Assembly (NCBI RefSeq): GCF_009914755.1
Contig: NC_060927.1
Source: the human T2T-CHM13v2.0 reference genome, Homo sapiens
Reading direction: 5' to 3' (one strand)
DNA: 64,000 nucleotides
In this document: positions 1 through 13,630 of the stretch, one piece after another
How positions within the stretch are numbered: position 1 is the stretch's first letter
How the letters are laid out: every line of letters begins with the position of its first letter
The notes under the pieces: generated by a model
Databases searched by the model: none
Told to the model about the DNA's origin: nothing
The model's input: the letters and a program-made list of their open reading frames with translations, nothing else
Position numbers and translations under genes: made by a program

Positions 1-3000
1 TCTTTCTATCTTAGTACCCATTAACCATCTCTACTCCCCTCCCCCAACTATCTTTCCCAGCCTCTAGTAACAATCCTTCTATTTTCTGTCCACATTATTT
101 TACTTGTCTTAATTTTTAGCTCCCACAAGTAAGTGAGAACATGTGGAGTTTGTCTTTCTGTGCCTGGCTTATTTCACTTAATGAGCTCCAGTTCATCCAT
201 GCTGTTGCAAATGACAGGATCTCATTCTTTTTTTTTATGGCTGCATAGTACTCTATTGTGTATATGTGCCACATTTTCCTCATCCATTCATCTGTTGATA
301 GACAGCTAGGTTGCTTCTGAATCTTGGCTATTGTGAATAGTGCTGCAATAAACATGGGAGTGCCGATATCTCTTCAATATACTGATTTCCTTTATTTGGG
401 GTATATACCTAGGAGTGGAATTGCTGGATCATATGGTAGCTCTATTTTTAGTTTTTTGAGGAACCTCCCGTCTGTTCTCCATAGTGGTTGGATGAATTTA
501 CATTCCCATGAATAGTGTACAAGGATTCCCTTTTCACCACTTCCTTGCCAGCATTTGTTATTGCCTGTCTTTTGGATATAAGCCATTTTAACTGAGGCAA
601 GATGATATCTCATTGCAGTTTTGATTTGCATTTCTCTGATGATAAATGATGTTGAGCACCTTTTAATATACCTGTTTGCCATTTGTATGTCTTCTTTTGA
701 GAAATGTCTATTTAGATCTTTTGCCCATTTTTTGATCAGATTATTAAATTTTTCTCTGATAGAATTGTTTGAACTCCTTATATATTCTGGCTATTAGTCC
801 CTTGTCAGATGAATAGTTTGCAAATATTTTCTCCCATTCTGTGGGTTGTTTCTTCACTTTGTTGATTGTTTCTTTTGCTGTGCAGAAGCTTTTTAACTTG
901 ATGTAATCCCATTTGTCAATTTTTGCTTTGGTTTCCTGTGCTTGTGGAGTATCACTCACAAAATCTTTGCCCAGTGCAATGTCCTGGAGAGTTTTCTCAA
1001 ATTTTTTTTGTAGTAGGAGTTTCATGGTTTGAGGTCTTATATTTATGTCTTTAGTTCACTTTGGCTTTATTTTTGTATATGATGAAAGAGAGGGGTCCAG
1101 TCTCATTCCTCAGCATATAGCTATACAGTTTTCCTAGCACCATTTATTGAAGAGACTGTCTTTTGCCCAATGTAAATTTTTGGCATCTTTGTAAAGAATG
1201 AATGCACTATGGATGTGTGGATTTGTTTCTGGGTTTTCTATTCTGTTCCACTGGTCTATATGTCTATTTTTATGCCAGTACCATGCTATTTTGGTTACTA
1301 TACCTCTGTAGTATAACTTAAAGTCAGGTAATATGATTTCTCCAGTTTTGTTCTTTTTGCATAGGATAGCTTTGGCTATTCTGGGTCTTCAGTGGTTTCA
1401 TACACATTTTAGGATTGTTTTTTCCATTTCTGTGAAGAATGTCATTTTTAAAATCGGGATTGGATTGAATCTGTTGATTGTTTGGGGTAATATGGACATT
1501 TTAGCAATATTGATTCTTCCAATCTATGAATATAGAATATCTTTTCATTTTTGGGGTGTTCTCTTCAATTTCTTTCATCAATGCTTTGTAGTTTTCATTG
1601 TAGAGATCTTTCACTTCTTTGGTTCAATTAATTCCTAGGTACTTAATTTTATTTTACTGGTATTACTTTCTTGATTTCTTTTTCAGATTGTTTCCCATTG
1701 GCATATAGACATGCTATTGGTTTTTGCACATTGATTCTGTATTCTGCAACTTTACTGAATTTGTTTATTAGTTCTAAGAGTTTTCCTGTAGATGCTTTAG
1801 GATTTTCCAAATATAAGGTCATGTCATCTGCAAACAATGATAATTTGACTTCTTCCTTTCCAATTTGGATGCCTTTATTTCTTTCTCTTGTCTGATTGCT
1901 GTAGCTAAGACTTCTAGTACTATGTTGAATAACAGTGGTGAAAAAAGGCATTCCTGTTGGCTCCAGATCTTACAGGAAAGGCTTTCAGTTTTTCCCCATT
2001 CAGCATGATACTAGGTGTGAGTCTGTCATATATGGCTTTTATTATGTTGAGATATGTTCTTTCTACATCCAGTTTTTTGACAGTTTTTTATCATGAACTT
2101 TATCAAATGCTTTTTCAGCATCAATTCAAATGATCACATGGTGGTTTTTGTCCTTCATTCTGCCGATGTGATGCATCACATTGATTGATTTGCGTATGTT
2201 GAACCATCCTTGCATCCCTGGGATCAATCCCACTTGCCTGCAATGAATGATCATTTTAATATGTTGTTAAATTCAGTTTGCTGGTATTTTGTTGAGGATT
2301 TTTGCATCAATATTTGTCATGGATAATGGCCTTTCATTTTCTTTTTTCGATGTGTCTTTATCTGGTTTTTCTATCAGTATAATACTGGCCTCATAGAATG
2401 AGTTTGGAAGTATTCTCTCCTGCTCTATTTTTTGGAATAGTTGGAGTAGGATTGATTTTAGTTCTTCATTAAATGTTTGGTACAATTCAACAGTGAAGCT
2501 ATCAGGTCCTGGGCTTTTCTTTACTGGGATATTTTTGTTTATTACAGCTTTGATTTCCTTACTTGTTATTAGTCTCTTCACATATTGGATTTGTTCATGG
2601 CCCAATCTTGGTAAGTTGTATGTGTCTAGGAATTTACCCATTTCTTTTAGGTTTTTCTTATTGGCATATAATTGCTCATAGTAGCCTCTAACAGTCTTTT
2701 GAATTTCTGCAATATCAACTGTAATGTCTCCTTTTTCATTTCTGATCTTAATTTATTTGGGTCTTCTCTCTTTTTTTCTTAGTTATTCTGGCTAAAGATT
2801 TGTCAATTTTATTTTTCTTTTCAAATAACCAACTTTTCATTTCATTGATCTTTTGTATTTTCTTCATTTCAATTTCATGTATTTCTGCTCTGATCTCTAT
2901 TATTTATCTTCTTCTACTGATGTTTGATTTTTCTCTTGCTCTTCTAATTCTTTAAGATGCATTATTAGGTTGTTTATTTGAAGTTTTACACTTTTTTTGA

Positions 3001-4128
3001 TGTAGACACTTAATAGTTATAAACTCTCCTCTTAGTAGTCCTTTTGCTATATCCCACAGGTTTCGATACATTGTATTTCCATTAATATTTGTTTCAAGAA
3101 ATTTTTCAATTTTCTTTTTTAATTTCTTCATTGACCCACTGGTCATTCAGGAGCATATTATTTAATTTCTATGTATTTGTATAGTTTTCAAAATTCCTCC
3201 TATTATTGATTTCCATTTTTATTCCATGTGGTCAGAGAAGATACTTGATATTATTTCAAATTTTTGAGTGTTTTAAGACTTGCTTTGTGGCCTAACATAT
3301 GGTCTATACTTGAGAACAATCCATTTGCTGAGGAGAAGAATGTGTATTCTGCAGCAGTTGGATGAAATATTCTGTAAATATCTATTAGGTCCATTTGGTC
3401 AATAGTGCAGATTAAGACTGATGTTTCTTTGTTGATTTTTCTGTCTGGGATGTCTGTCCAATGCTGAAAGTGGGGTGTTGAAGTCTCCAGCTATTACTGT
3501 ATTTGGGCATATCTCTCTTTTTAACTCTAATAATATTTGCTTTATCTATCTGGGTGCTCCAGTGTTGGATGAATATATATTTACAATCATTATATCTTCT
3601 TGCTGAATTGACCAGTTTATCATTATTACCTTCTTTGCCTGTTTTTATAGTTTTTGTCTTGAAATCTATTTAGTATGATATAAGTATAGCTACTCTATAG
3701 CTACTCCTGCTCATTTTTGGTTTCCATTTGCATGAAATATTATTTTCCATCCCTTTATTTTCAGCCTATGTGTGTCTTTATAGGTGAAATGTATTTCTTG
3801 TCGGAAACAGATCACGCAGTGTTTTAAAAATTCATTTAGGTACTCTATGTCCTTTGGAGAGTTTAGTTCATTTATATTCAATGTTATTATTGATAAGTAA
3901 GGACTTACTCTTGCCCTTTTGTTATTTGTTTTCTGGTTGTTTTGTAGTCTCCTCTTCCTTCTTTCCCTCCTGTCTTCCTTTTGGGGAAGGTGATTGTCTC
4001 TGGTTGTATGTTTTAATTTCTTTAATTTTTATCAGTTCATCTTTTAGTCTTTCTATTCTACCTATATGTAGTTTTTACACCACAATTACAGTGTTATACT
4101 ATTCTGTGTTTTTCTGTATACTTACTAT
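1..4128 (-). mobile_element. Old L1 (L1MA2/3-like): part of 3'UTR, decayed ORF2 and inter-ORF spacer; 3' end lies left of the window
   Basis: Minus-strand ORF fragments match ORF2p (MFSLTCGS* C-terminus with stop at 116-118; SLFADDM RT motif in 1649..1951; KSPGPDSFT in 2273..2641). The ORF2 N-terminus VSPYLSIITLN is readable near 3880-3915, and 1-120 looks like an L1MA-type 3'UTR. Confidence 0.93.
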
Positions 4129-4468
4129 TACCAGTGAGTTTTCTTTTTTTTTTTTATTATACTTTAAGTTTTAGGGTACATGTGCACATTGTGCAGGTTA
4201 GTTACATATGTATACATGTGCCATGCTGGTGCGCACCCACTAACTTGTCATTTAGCATTAGGTATATCTCCCAGTGCTATCCCTCCCCCCCCTCCCCCAA
4301 CCCCACCACAGTCCCCAGAGTGTGATATTCCCCTTCCTGTGTCCATGTGATCTCTACAAGACTGCAACAAACACAGCATTACTACGGTCTATCAATTTTG
4401 TTGATCCTTTCAAAAAACCAGCTCCTGGATTCATTAATTTTTTGAAGGGTTTTTTGTGTCTCTATTTC

Positions 4469-5527
<1,059 letters not shown>

Positions 5528-5575
5528 TTATTTTGCTCGTTAGTTGATGCAGTTTCTTCCTAGTCTCGATGGTCT

Positions 5576-6592
5576 TTACATTTTGGCATGATTTTGCAGC
5601 GGCTGGTACCGGTTGTTCCTTTCCATGTTTAGCGCTTCCTTCAGGAGCTCTTTTAGGGCAGGCCTGGTGGTGACAAAATCTTTCAGCATTTGCTTGTCTG
5701 TAAAGTATTTTATTTCTCCTTCACTTATGAAGCTTAGTTTGGCTGGATATGAAATTCTGGGTTGAAAATTCTTTTCTTTAAGAATGTTGAATATTGGTCC
5801 CCACTCTCTTCTGGCTTGTAGAGTTTCTGCCGAGAGATCCGCTGTTAGTCTGATGGGCTTCACTTTGAGGGTAACCCGACCTTTCTCTCTGGCTGCCCTT
5901 AACATTTTTTCCTTCATTTCAACTTTGGTGAATCTGACAATTATGTGTCTTGGTGTTGATCTTCTCGAGGAGTATCTTTGTGGCGTTCTCTGTATTTCCT
6001 GAATCTGAACGTTGGCCTGCCTTGCTAGATTGGGGAAGTTCTCCTGGATAATATCCTGCAGAGTGTTTTCCAACTTGGTTCCATTCTCCCCATCACTTTC
6101 AGGTACACCAATCAGACGTAGATTTGGTCTTTTCACATAGTCCCATATTTCTTGGAGGCTTTGCTCATTTCTTTATATTCTTTTTTCTCTAAACTTCCCT
6201 TCTCGCTTCATTTCATTCATTTCATCTTCCGTTGCTGATACCCTTTCTTCCAGTTGATCGCATCGGCTCCTGAGGCTTCTGCATTCTTCACGTAGTTCTC
6301 GAGCCTTGGTTTTCAGCTCCATCAGCTCCTTTAAGCACTTCTCTGTATTGGTTATTCTAGTTATACATTCTTCTAAATTTTTTTCAAAGTTTTCAACTTC
6401 TTTGCCTTTGGTTTGAATGTCCTCCTGTAGCTCAGAGTAATTTGATCGTCTGAAGCCTCCTTCTCTCAGCTCGTCAAAGTCATTCTCCATCCAGCTTTGT
6501 TCCGTTGCTGGTGAGGAACTGCGTTCCTTTGGAGGAGGAGAGGCGCTCTGCGTTTTAGAGTTTCCCGTTTTTCTGTTCTGTTTTTTCCCCAT
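5576..6592 (-). pseudogene. L1 ORF1 (338 codons) with one nonsense change, K140*
   Basis: 6173..6592 (MGKKQNRK...REKRI*) and 5576..6136 (...QPLQNHAKM*) are in the same frame and span 1017 nt in total; TAA at 6173-6175 replaces AAA. Confidence 0.92.
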
Positions 6593-7495
6593 CTTTGTGG
6601 TTTTATCTACTTTTGGTCTTTGATGATGGTGATGTACAGATGGGTTTTCGGTGTAGATGTCCTTTCTGGTTGTTAGTTTTCCTTCTAACAGACAGGACCC
6701 TCAGCTGCAGGTCTGTTGGAGTACCCTGCCGTGTGAGGTGTCAGTGTGCCCCTGCTGGGGGGTGCCTCCCAGTTAGGCTGCTCGGGGGTCAGGGGTCAGG
6801 GACCCACTTGAGGAGGCAGTCTGCCAGTTCTCAGATCTCCAGCTGCGTGCTGGGAGAACCACTGCTCTCTTCAAAGCTGTCAGACAGGGACATTTAAGTC
6901 TGCAGAGGTTACTGCTGTCTTTTTGTTTGTCTGTGCCCTGCCCCCAGAGGTGGAGCCTACAGAGGCAGGCAGGCCTCCTTGAGCTGTGGTGGGCTGGGCC
7001 CAGTTGGAGCTTCCCGGCTGCTTTGTTTACCTAATCAAGCCTGGGCAATGGCGGGCGCCCCTCCCCCAGCCTCGCTGCCGCCTTGCAGTTTGATCTCAGG
7101 CTGCTGTGCTAGCAATCAGCGAGACTCCGTGGGCGTAGGACTCTCCGAGCCAGGTGACGGATATAATCTCGTGGTGCGCCGTTTTTTAAGCCCGCCGGAA
7201 AAGCGCAGTATTCGGGTGGGAGTGACCCGATTTTCCAGGTGTGTCCGTCACCCTTTTCTTTGACTCGGAAAGGGAACTCCCTGACCCCTTGCGCTTCCCA
7301 AGTGAGGCAATGCCTTGCCCTGCTTCGGCTCGCGCACGGTGCGCGCACCCACTGACCTGCGCCCACTGTCTGGCACTCCCTAGTGAGATGAACCCGGTAC
7401 CTCAGATGCAAATCCAGAAATCACCCGTCTTCTGCGTCGCTCACGCTGGGAGCTGTAGACCGGAGCTGTTCCTATTCGGCCATCTTGGCTCCTCC
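6593..7495 (-). promoter_or_regulatory. L1 5'UTR CpG-rich internal promoter (sense promoter on -, antisense promoter on +) with YY1 site
   Basis: CpG-dense 6980-7480; gccatcttgg (YY1 site, CAAGATGGC on minus) near 7479-7488. Confidence 0.85.
7048..7263 (+). CDS. L1 antisense ORF0 (71 aa), intact
   Basis: gcaATGg at 7048 gives MAGAPPPASLPPCSLISGCCASNQRDSVGVG...RFSRCVRHPFL*, matching primate L1 ORF0. Splice-donor-like cag|gtgacg at 7153/4 and cag|gtgtgt at 7238/9. Confidence 0.85.
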   Translation: MAGAPPPASLPPCSLISGCCASNQRDSVGVGLSEPGDGYNLVVRRFLSPPEKRSIRVGVTRFSRCVRHPFL

Positions 7496-7517
7496 AAAAA
7501 ATACCAGTGAGTTTTCT

Positions 7518-10500
7518 ACCTTTAGATAATTTCTTATTGCTCAATAAAATCCTTTTTTTTTTTTTTTTTTTTTTTTTTAGATTAAAGAACTCTCTTTAGT
7601 ATTTCTTGTGGGACAGGTTTGGTGTTGTTGAAATCCCTCAGCCTTTGTTTGTCTGGGAAAGTCTGTATTTCCCTTTCATGTTTGAAGGATATTTTCACCC
7701 AATATACTATTGTAGGGTAAAATTATTTATCTTCAGCACTTTAAATATGTCATACCACTCTCTCCTGGCCTGTATGGTTTCTATTAAAAAGTCTGCTGCC
7801 AGACGTATTAAAGCTCCATTGTATGTTGTTTTTTTTTTCTCTGCCTGCTTTTAGGATCCTTTCTTTATCTTTGACCTTTGGGAGATCGATTATTAAATAC
7901 CTTGAGGTGGTTTTCTTTGGGCTAAATCTGTTTGGTGTTCTATAACTTTCTTTTACTTGGCTATTGATATCTTTCTCTAGGTTTGGAAAGTTCTTTGTTT
8001 TTATCCCTTTGGATAAACTTTCTTCCCGTATCTCTCTCTCCCTCCTCTTTAAGGCCAGTATCTGTTAGATTTGCCCTTTTGAGGCTCTTTTCTAGAGTTT
8101 GTGGGCATGCTTCATTGTTTTTTTATTTTTTTTATTTTCTCTTCTCTCCTCTGTCTGTGTATTTTCAAATAGCTTGTATTCAAGCTCACTAATTTTTTTT
8201 CTGCTTGATCAATTCTGCTATTAAGAGACTGATGCATTCTTCAAGATGTCAATTGCATTTTTAACTCCAGAATTTCTGATTTATTCTTTTTAATTATTTC
8301 AATCTCTTTGTTAAATTTATCTGATAGAATTCTGCATTCCTTCTCCGGGTCATCTTGAATTTGTTTCCTCAAAACATCTTTTTTGAATTATCTGAAAGGT
8401 CACATGTCTCTGTCTCTATAGATTGTTCCCTGGTGACTTATTTAGTTCATTTTGTGAGGTTATATTTTCCTAGATGATCTTGATGCTTGTGGATGTTCAT
8501 CTGTGTCTGGGCATTGAAGAGTTAGATATTTATGGTAGTCTTCACAGTCTGGGCTTGTTTGTACCCATCCTTGTTAGGAAGGCTTTCCAGGTATTTGAAG
8601 GGAGTTTGGTGTTGTGATCTTTTTGGCCACTGCAGCCATATCCTCATTAGGGGACTCCCCAAGTCCAGTAATGCTGTATTTGTTGCAGTCTTGTAGAGGC
8701 ACCACCTTGGTGATCTTGGATAAGATCCAGAAGAATTCTCTGGATTACTAGGCAGAGACTCTTATTCTCTTCCCTAAGTTTTTCCCAAATAACCAGAGTC
8801 TCTCTTTCTGTGCTGAGCTTCTTGGAGCTAGGGGGAGGGGTGACACAAGCACCCCTGTGGCCACCACCACTGCAACTCTGCTAGGTCAGACCTGAAGCCA
8901 ACATAGCACTGGATCTCACTAAAGGCCGTTGTAGCCACTATATGGCTACTGCTTATGTTTGCTCAAGGTCCTGGGTCTCTACAATCAGCAGGTGGCAAAG
9001 CCAGACAGTCTTGTGTCCTTCCCTTCAGGGTAGAAAGTTCCCCCTGGCCCCAGGTGGGCCCAGAAATGCTGTCTGGGACCTAGGGCCTGGAGTTGGAAAC
9101 CTTAAGAATCTACCAGGTGCTCTATTCTAATGCAGCTGAGCTGGCACCCATGTCCTAAGATGAAGTCCTTCCCACTCTTGCCCTTGCTTTCCATTAGCAG
9201 TGGGGAGTCTTTCCTTATGGCCACCCCCACTACAAGTCTGTGGGGAGTATTGCCAGGCTACCACTGAATATCACTTAGGGCCCAAGGGCTCTTTGGTCAG
9301 CTTGTTGTAAATGCTTTCAGGCCTAACAGACTCACTCTTCAGGGTAGTGGGCTCCCCTCTGGCCCAAGGCAGGTGTAGAAATACAATCCAAGAGCCAAGG
9401 CATGGAATCAGGGACCCCAAGAGCCCACTTGACACTCTATCCCACTGTGGCTGAGCTGGCACCTAAGCTGCAAGACAAGGTCCCCTTTACTCTTCTCTTT
9501 GCTTTTCTCCAGCAGGTGTCTCTTTCTGTAGCCACCACACTGGGAATGTGCTGGGTCACACCTGAAGCCAGCACATCTCTGAGTCTCATCCAAGGCCCAT
9601 GGTGAGTACCACCTGGCTACCACTGCTGACTCTTTAGTCAGCAGGTAATGGATCTTGCCAGGACTAGGTCCTTCCCTTCAAAGCAGCAGGTTCCCTTCTT
9701 GCCTAGGGTATGTCTAGAAATGTCATCTGGGAGCGAGGGCCTGGAATGGGTGCCTCAGGACTCTGCCTGATGTCCTATCCTACTGTGACTGAGCTTGTAT
9801 CCAAGTTGAAAGACAAAATCTTCTCTACTCTTCCCTTTCCTTTCCTTGAGCAGAAGAAAAAATCTTTTGGAGCTGCCAGCTACACTACCTGAGGCTGGAG
9901 AAAAGGTGGCACAAGCACTCTCTTGGCTGCCTCACCTGGTGTTTCACTAGGTTATGTGCCCCCTAAGTCCACTGACTCCAAGCCTAGCACAGCACTAGGA
10001 CCTCCCTAGGAGTTGCAGTCCTTGTGGCCTAGACTTCAAGTTTATTTAGAACCCCAGAGCCATTTAGCCTGTCGTGGCGAGGCTTGCCAAAACCTAAGTT
10101 TTGACCACTGGGATGGACGATTCTCTTCTGGCTAGGGCTAGCCTAAATGGTCCCTCTGTAGGTGTCTGCAGAGTTCTGCCTGGTGTTGCTTTCTGCTGTG
10201 ACTGGGCAGAACTGAGTTCTATTGCAAAGTCCCACAGTCACTGTGCTCTCCCTCCCACAAGTACAAAGATTCTCTATGCCGTGCGGCTGCTACTGGGAGA
10301 TGGGGGAGTGGTGTTGTTGGTAATACAGGATTATTTTTCCTACCATCTTCAGTGTCTCTTTCAGTGATGTCAAGTTAAAACCAGGTGCTGTGATTGCTCA
10401 ACTGGTTTTTGATTCTTATGATGGTGCTGCACATCTTATGATGTGTAGATAGTTGTTAAATTTGGTGTTCTTGCGAGGGGGACAATCGGTAGAGGCTTCT

Positions 10501-10525
10501 ATTTGGCCATCTTGCTCTGACTCTG
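7518..10525 (-). mobile_element. Remainder of the old L1MA-type element: decayed ORF1 and long repeat-containing 5'UTR
   Basis: Continues the sequence broken at the TSD; ORF1 C-terminal similarity 7600-7900; 5' terminus ggccatcttgctctg (YY1) near 10505-10520; colinear with 39600-42596. Confidence 0.9.
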
Positions 10526-10604
10526 CATGAATTTTCTAATTCATTTCTTACCAGTCAGTAATCCCTGTGGTCTGTAAATATATGCATATTGGATCTCTGA
10601 CCTA

Positions 10605-10690
10605 AAAAATGCCTACTAGAGTACTTGGCACAGAGTAGGTGCTGTAAGTATTTGATAGATAATGAATGAATGCATTGAATGAATGAAAAC
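10605..10690 (+). mobile_element. L2 3' end fragment
   Basis: tggcacagagtaggtgct...aatgaatgaatg tail. Confidence 0.6.
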
Positions 10691-10904
10691 AATGCAGATA
10701 TTTATTTACTGGCAAGTTATTTTCTTTCCTTATATGCAGCAGAAAGTGACCTAGCAGTATAATAAGGCACTGTGGTAAAATGGAATGAAGATTGAGCTTA
10801 TTGGCTCTGTTAGGGCCAATTTGATCGTTGTACATTGTAGGCCAGTGTCTATATACCATGAGCATTTCAAAGATCTAAAAACATTTGAGAACTGAAAAAA
10901 GTAA

Positions 10905-11216
10905 TTTATTTAACCATTCCTTTATTGGATGTTAATTTTGCTTCATAGTCTCTTGTTATTAGATATGAGGCTGAAGAGATTAACTTTGTACATAGTCATT
11001 TTGTATGGGTACCAGTGTATCTCTAGGATAAATATCTAGATGAGAAAATGCCAGGTCAGTGGTCTTATGAATTTTTAATTTTGATAGCTATTACCAAATT
11101 GCTTTCCATAAGTTTATTAACTTACATTTCTACCAGCACTATATGAGATTGCCTATTTCCCCATAGCCTTACCAACAGAGGGTATTATTAAATTTTGAAG
11201 TTTTGCTAGCCTGATA
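10905..11216 (-). mobile_element. Ancient L1 (L1ME/MC-like) 3' fragment
   Basis: taggataaatatctagatgagaaaatgccaggtca...ttaccaaattgctttcc...taccagcactatatgaga pattern. Confidence 0.6.
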
Positions 11217-11282
11217 CATGGATGCTCTATATTTTAGGAATTCATGGCCTTGTTATGGGAAAAGCACTGTCTGTCTGTCTGT

Positions 11283-11284
11283 AT

Positions 11285-11315
<31 letters not shown>

Positions 11316-11316
11316 T
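11283..11316. repeat. (TTTA)n microsatellite
   Basis: Directly visible. Confidence 0.85.
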
Positions 11317-11884
11317 GTTTTTGCTTTATGGTTACAAAATGAATCTGAGGAAGACGTTAGAAAAAGAAAAACATTTATTTTTCTTATTAATGAATTTATT
11401 TATATATATGCCTCATTGTTCCAAAAAAATCTGAATCTGAGGATACTTATAAAAGATTTATAATAATATAGGATAAAACATAAAAAGATAAAAAAAATTG
11501 GGTAAAGAGAAAAAGTGGGTGTGGAATTCTGATAAAGGTTTGGTCACTATACAAATGCTTACATCATTAGGTTCCATATAGTTGCTGAAGAAGTATTATA
11601 AATGTGACTGTGAGTTCCCTGGCAGCCAATGTAAAGGTGGAAATTTGGTTAGTTTTAAGAGTCACAGTGACTATAATACTAATAATAAATCAGCTGTTTA
11701 GGAGAAGTACAACTTTTTTCTTTTGCTAGAATGTTCTCCCCCCTTTTCTATGTGGCCAATTCCTATCAAATAGGAATCTAACTCTCAATGAATCCTTCCT
11801 TGATTAATCTATGTACTTTGCTGTTTCTTTGCTCCCACAGATCTTTGTACGAATCTCAGTTCTAACACTTGTTATGTTCACTTG

Positions 11885-12190
11885 GAGGTACAGCTTATTG
11901 GCTCAACAAACGGGCTTTGGAGTCATATGCTTGAGTTCACATTCCAATTACGTCTTTCATGGACTGCTGACTTTAGTCATTTTACATAACCCATGGGCAT
12001 GTAACATGAGCAAGAAAATAAATGTCTATGTAACTTTTCTAAGTTCATGTTTCCTCAATTGTAAAGTGGGACTACTAGTAGTATCTGCCTTAAAAAGACT
12101 GATGTGAAGATTAAATGAGGTTATGTGGGTAGAACACTTAATACTTTGCTAATTAATGTGGTAAACGATCATAAGTAATAGCTGCAATGG
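11885..12190 (+). mobile_element. MIR
   Basis: ggctttggagtca...gtttcctcaattgtaaagtggg...gtgaagattaaatgag core. Confidence 0.7.
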
Positions 12191-12752
12191 TTTTATGTCT
12201 ATCATCCTAACAAGCTACTTACACTATCTGCTCTCTAGGTTCTTGCAGGTGAATACAACCTTTAACAGCTACATGATATTCTTTGAATTGCTAATATTGG
12301 ATTCATCTGGAAGAAATACTAAAATCTAAATTTAAGGAAATGAAAAAATTTCACAGGGCCTGAATTTCCATTCAGGACCTATCCCTTGAGGTTGGCATTT
12401 TCACAGCTGTGGCCAGATGGCAATCTTCTCTATTTCAGGGGAGGTGAATCAGAAGATTCTAAATGTCAGTTTGCTTTCAGATGCAGTCTTGGAAGGAAGA
12501 CCTTTGCAATCAATGAACGTGTTTCTATAGTATAATATCAAGCCCACGTAGATTGGTTTGTCTTGCATACATAGTCATTAACACCTATGGTATCTCAGTT
12601 TAATCAGTTATGATTTCACAATAGCTAAGGGATGCATAAGCTTATCAGCCAGTTTTCATGTTTACTTTTAATGATATTAATTGACATTCCAAAACTCTAA
12701 GGTGAAGGAGCCTTCTAAAATTCCTTCTCTGACAGATGTCCCAGGGCCCTCA

Positions 12753-13060
12753 TGTATTAGTCAAGATGAGCTAGGTTACACTGCAGTAACAAACAATCTT
12801 AGAATCTCAGTGACTTCTTGTTCATGTTACATATCTGTGAGTTTTCAGGTGGCCCTTCTCATCATATTTACTCAGGGATCCAGGCTGACAAGTGCTTCCA
12901 TGATTACCATGGCAGGGGAAAGCAAAACAAAACAAAAACAAAAACAAACACAAAAACAGGGTGAATGGCATACCGACTATTAATCCTTCTGTCTAGAAAC
13001 GATACTCGTCACTGCCATGAACATTTCATTGGCCAAAGAAAGTCAAATGGCTAACATTAA
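12753..13060 (-). mobile_element. MaLR LTR (MLT1J-like)
   Basis: tgtattagtcaagatgagctaggttacactgcagtaacaaacaa...catttcattggccaaag. Confidence 0.65.
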
Positions 13061-13207
13061 AAAGGGAATTGTACCTGAAACAAGGAGAAAGAGGAGCTTG
13101 TTAACCTGGCAATACCAATATTTAGCTATTATAGAACAGTCACTAAATGTCTCAGTTCTTCTAAGTGCATTATCTCATTTACTTCACAGCAACCTTATGA
13201 GGTAGGA

Positions 13208-13630
13208 TGACAGACTCTCCTTGCCTATTAAAATCCATTTCTCCCTTTTCTCAAAACAATAGAGCTGGACACATGGCCTTCCAACTAGCCACTATATTTC
13301 CCAGCTTCCTTTGAAGCACATGAACATGTTAGGGCCAATATGTGAGTGTAAATGGTGAGTGCAACTATAGGTCACCTCCTTAAAAGAAAATCCCTTTGTC
13401 CTGGGCCAGTGTTCTATTTCCATTCCTTTGAGCTGGAATTCTATGACCCAACCTCCACAAAGAAGATGAGGACAATGACCTAGGGGAGGGTAGAGTAACA
13501 AGATGGAGGGCACATGGGTGTGTGAATGGATGAGTAGAGCAGAACCTCTCCACTACTGGATCCACTGGGGGCTGCCACATGAGAAAAAAACTTGTATCAT
13601 CTTTAAGCCACTGTATTTTTGTGGCATTCT
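13208..13630 (+). mobile_element. ERVL solo LTR (LTR16-like) inserted in a MIR
   Basis: atttcccagcttcctttg...tttaagccactgtatttt; MIR halves at ~13110-13205 and ~13640-13800. Confidence 0.55.

Noticed and set aside
4354-4385. Spliced-L1 explanation of the L1PA deletion
   Set aside because: Splicing would give a clean exon junction, but 30 nt of foreign filler is present.
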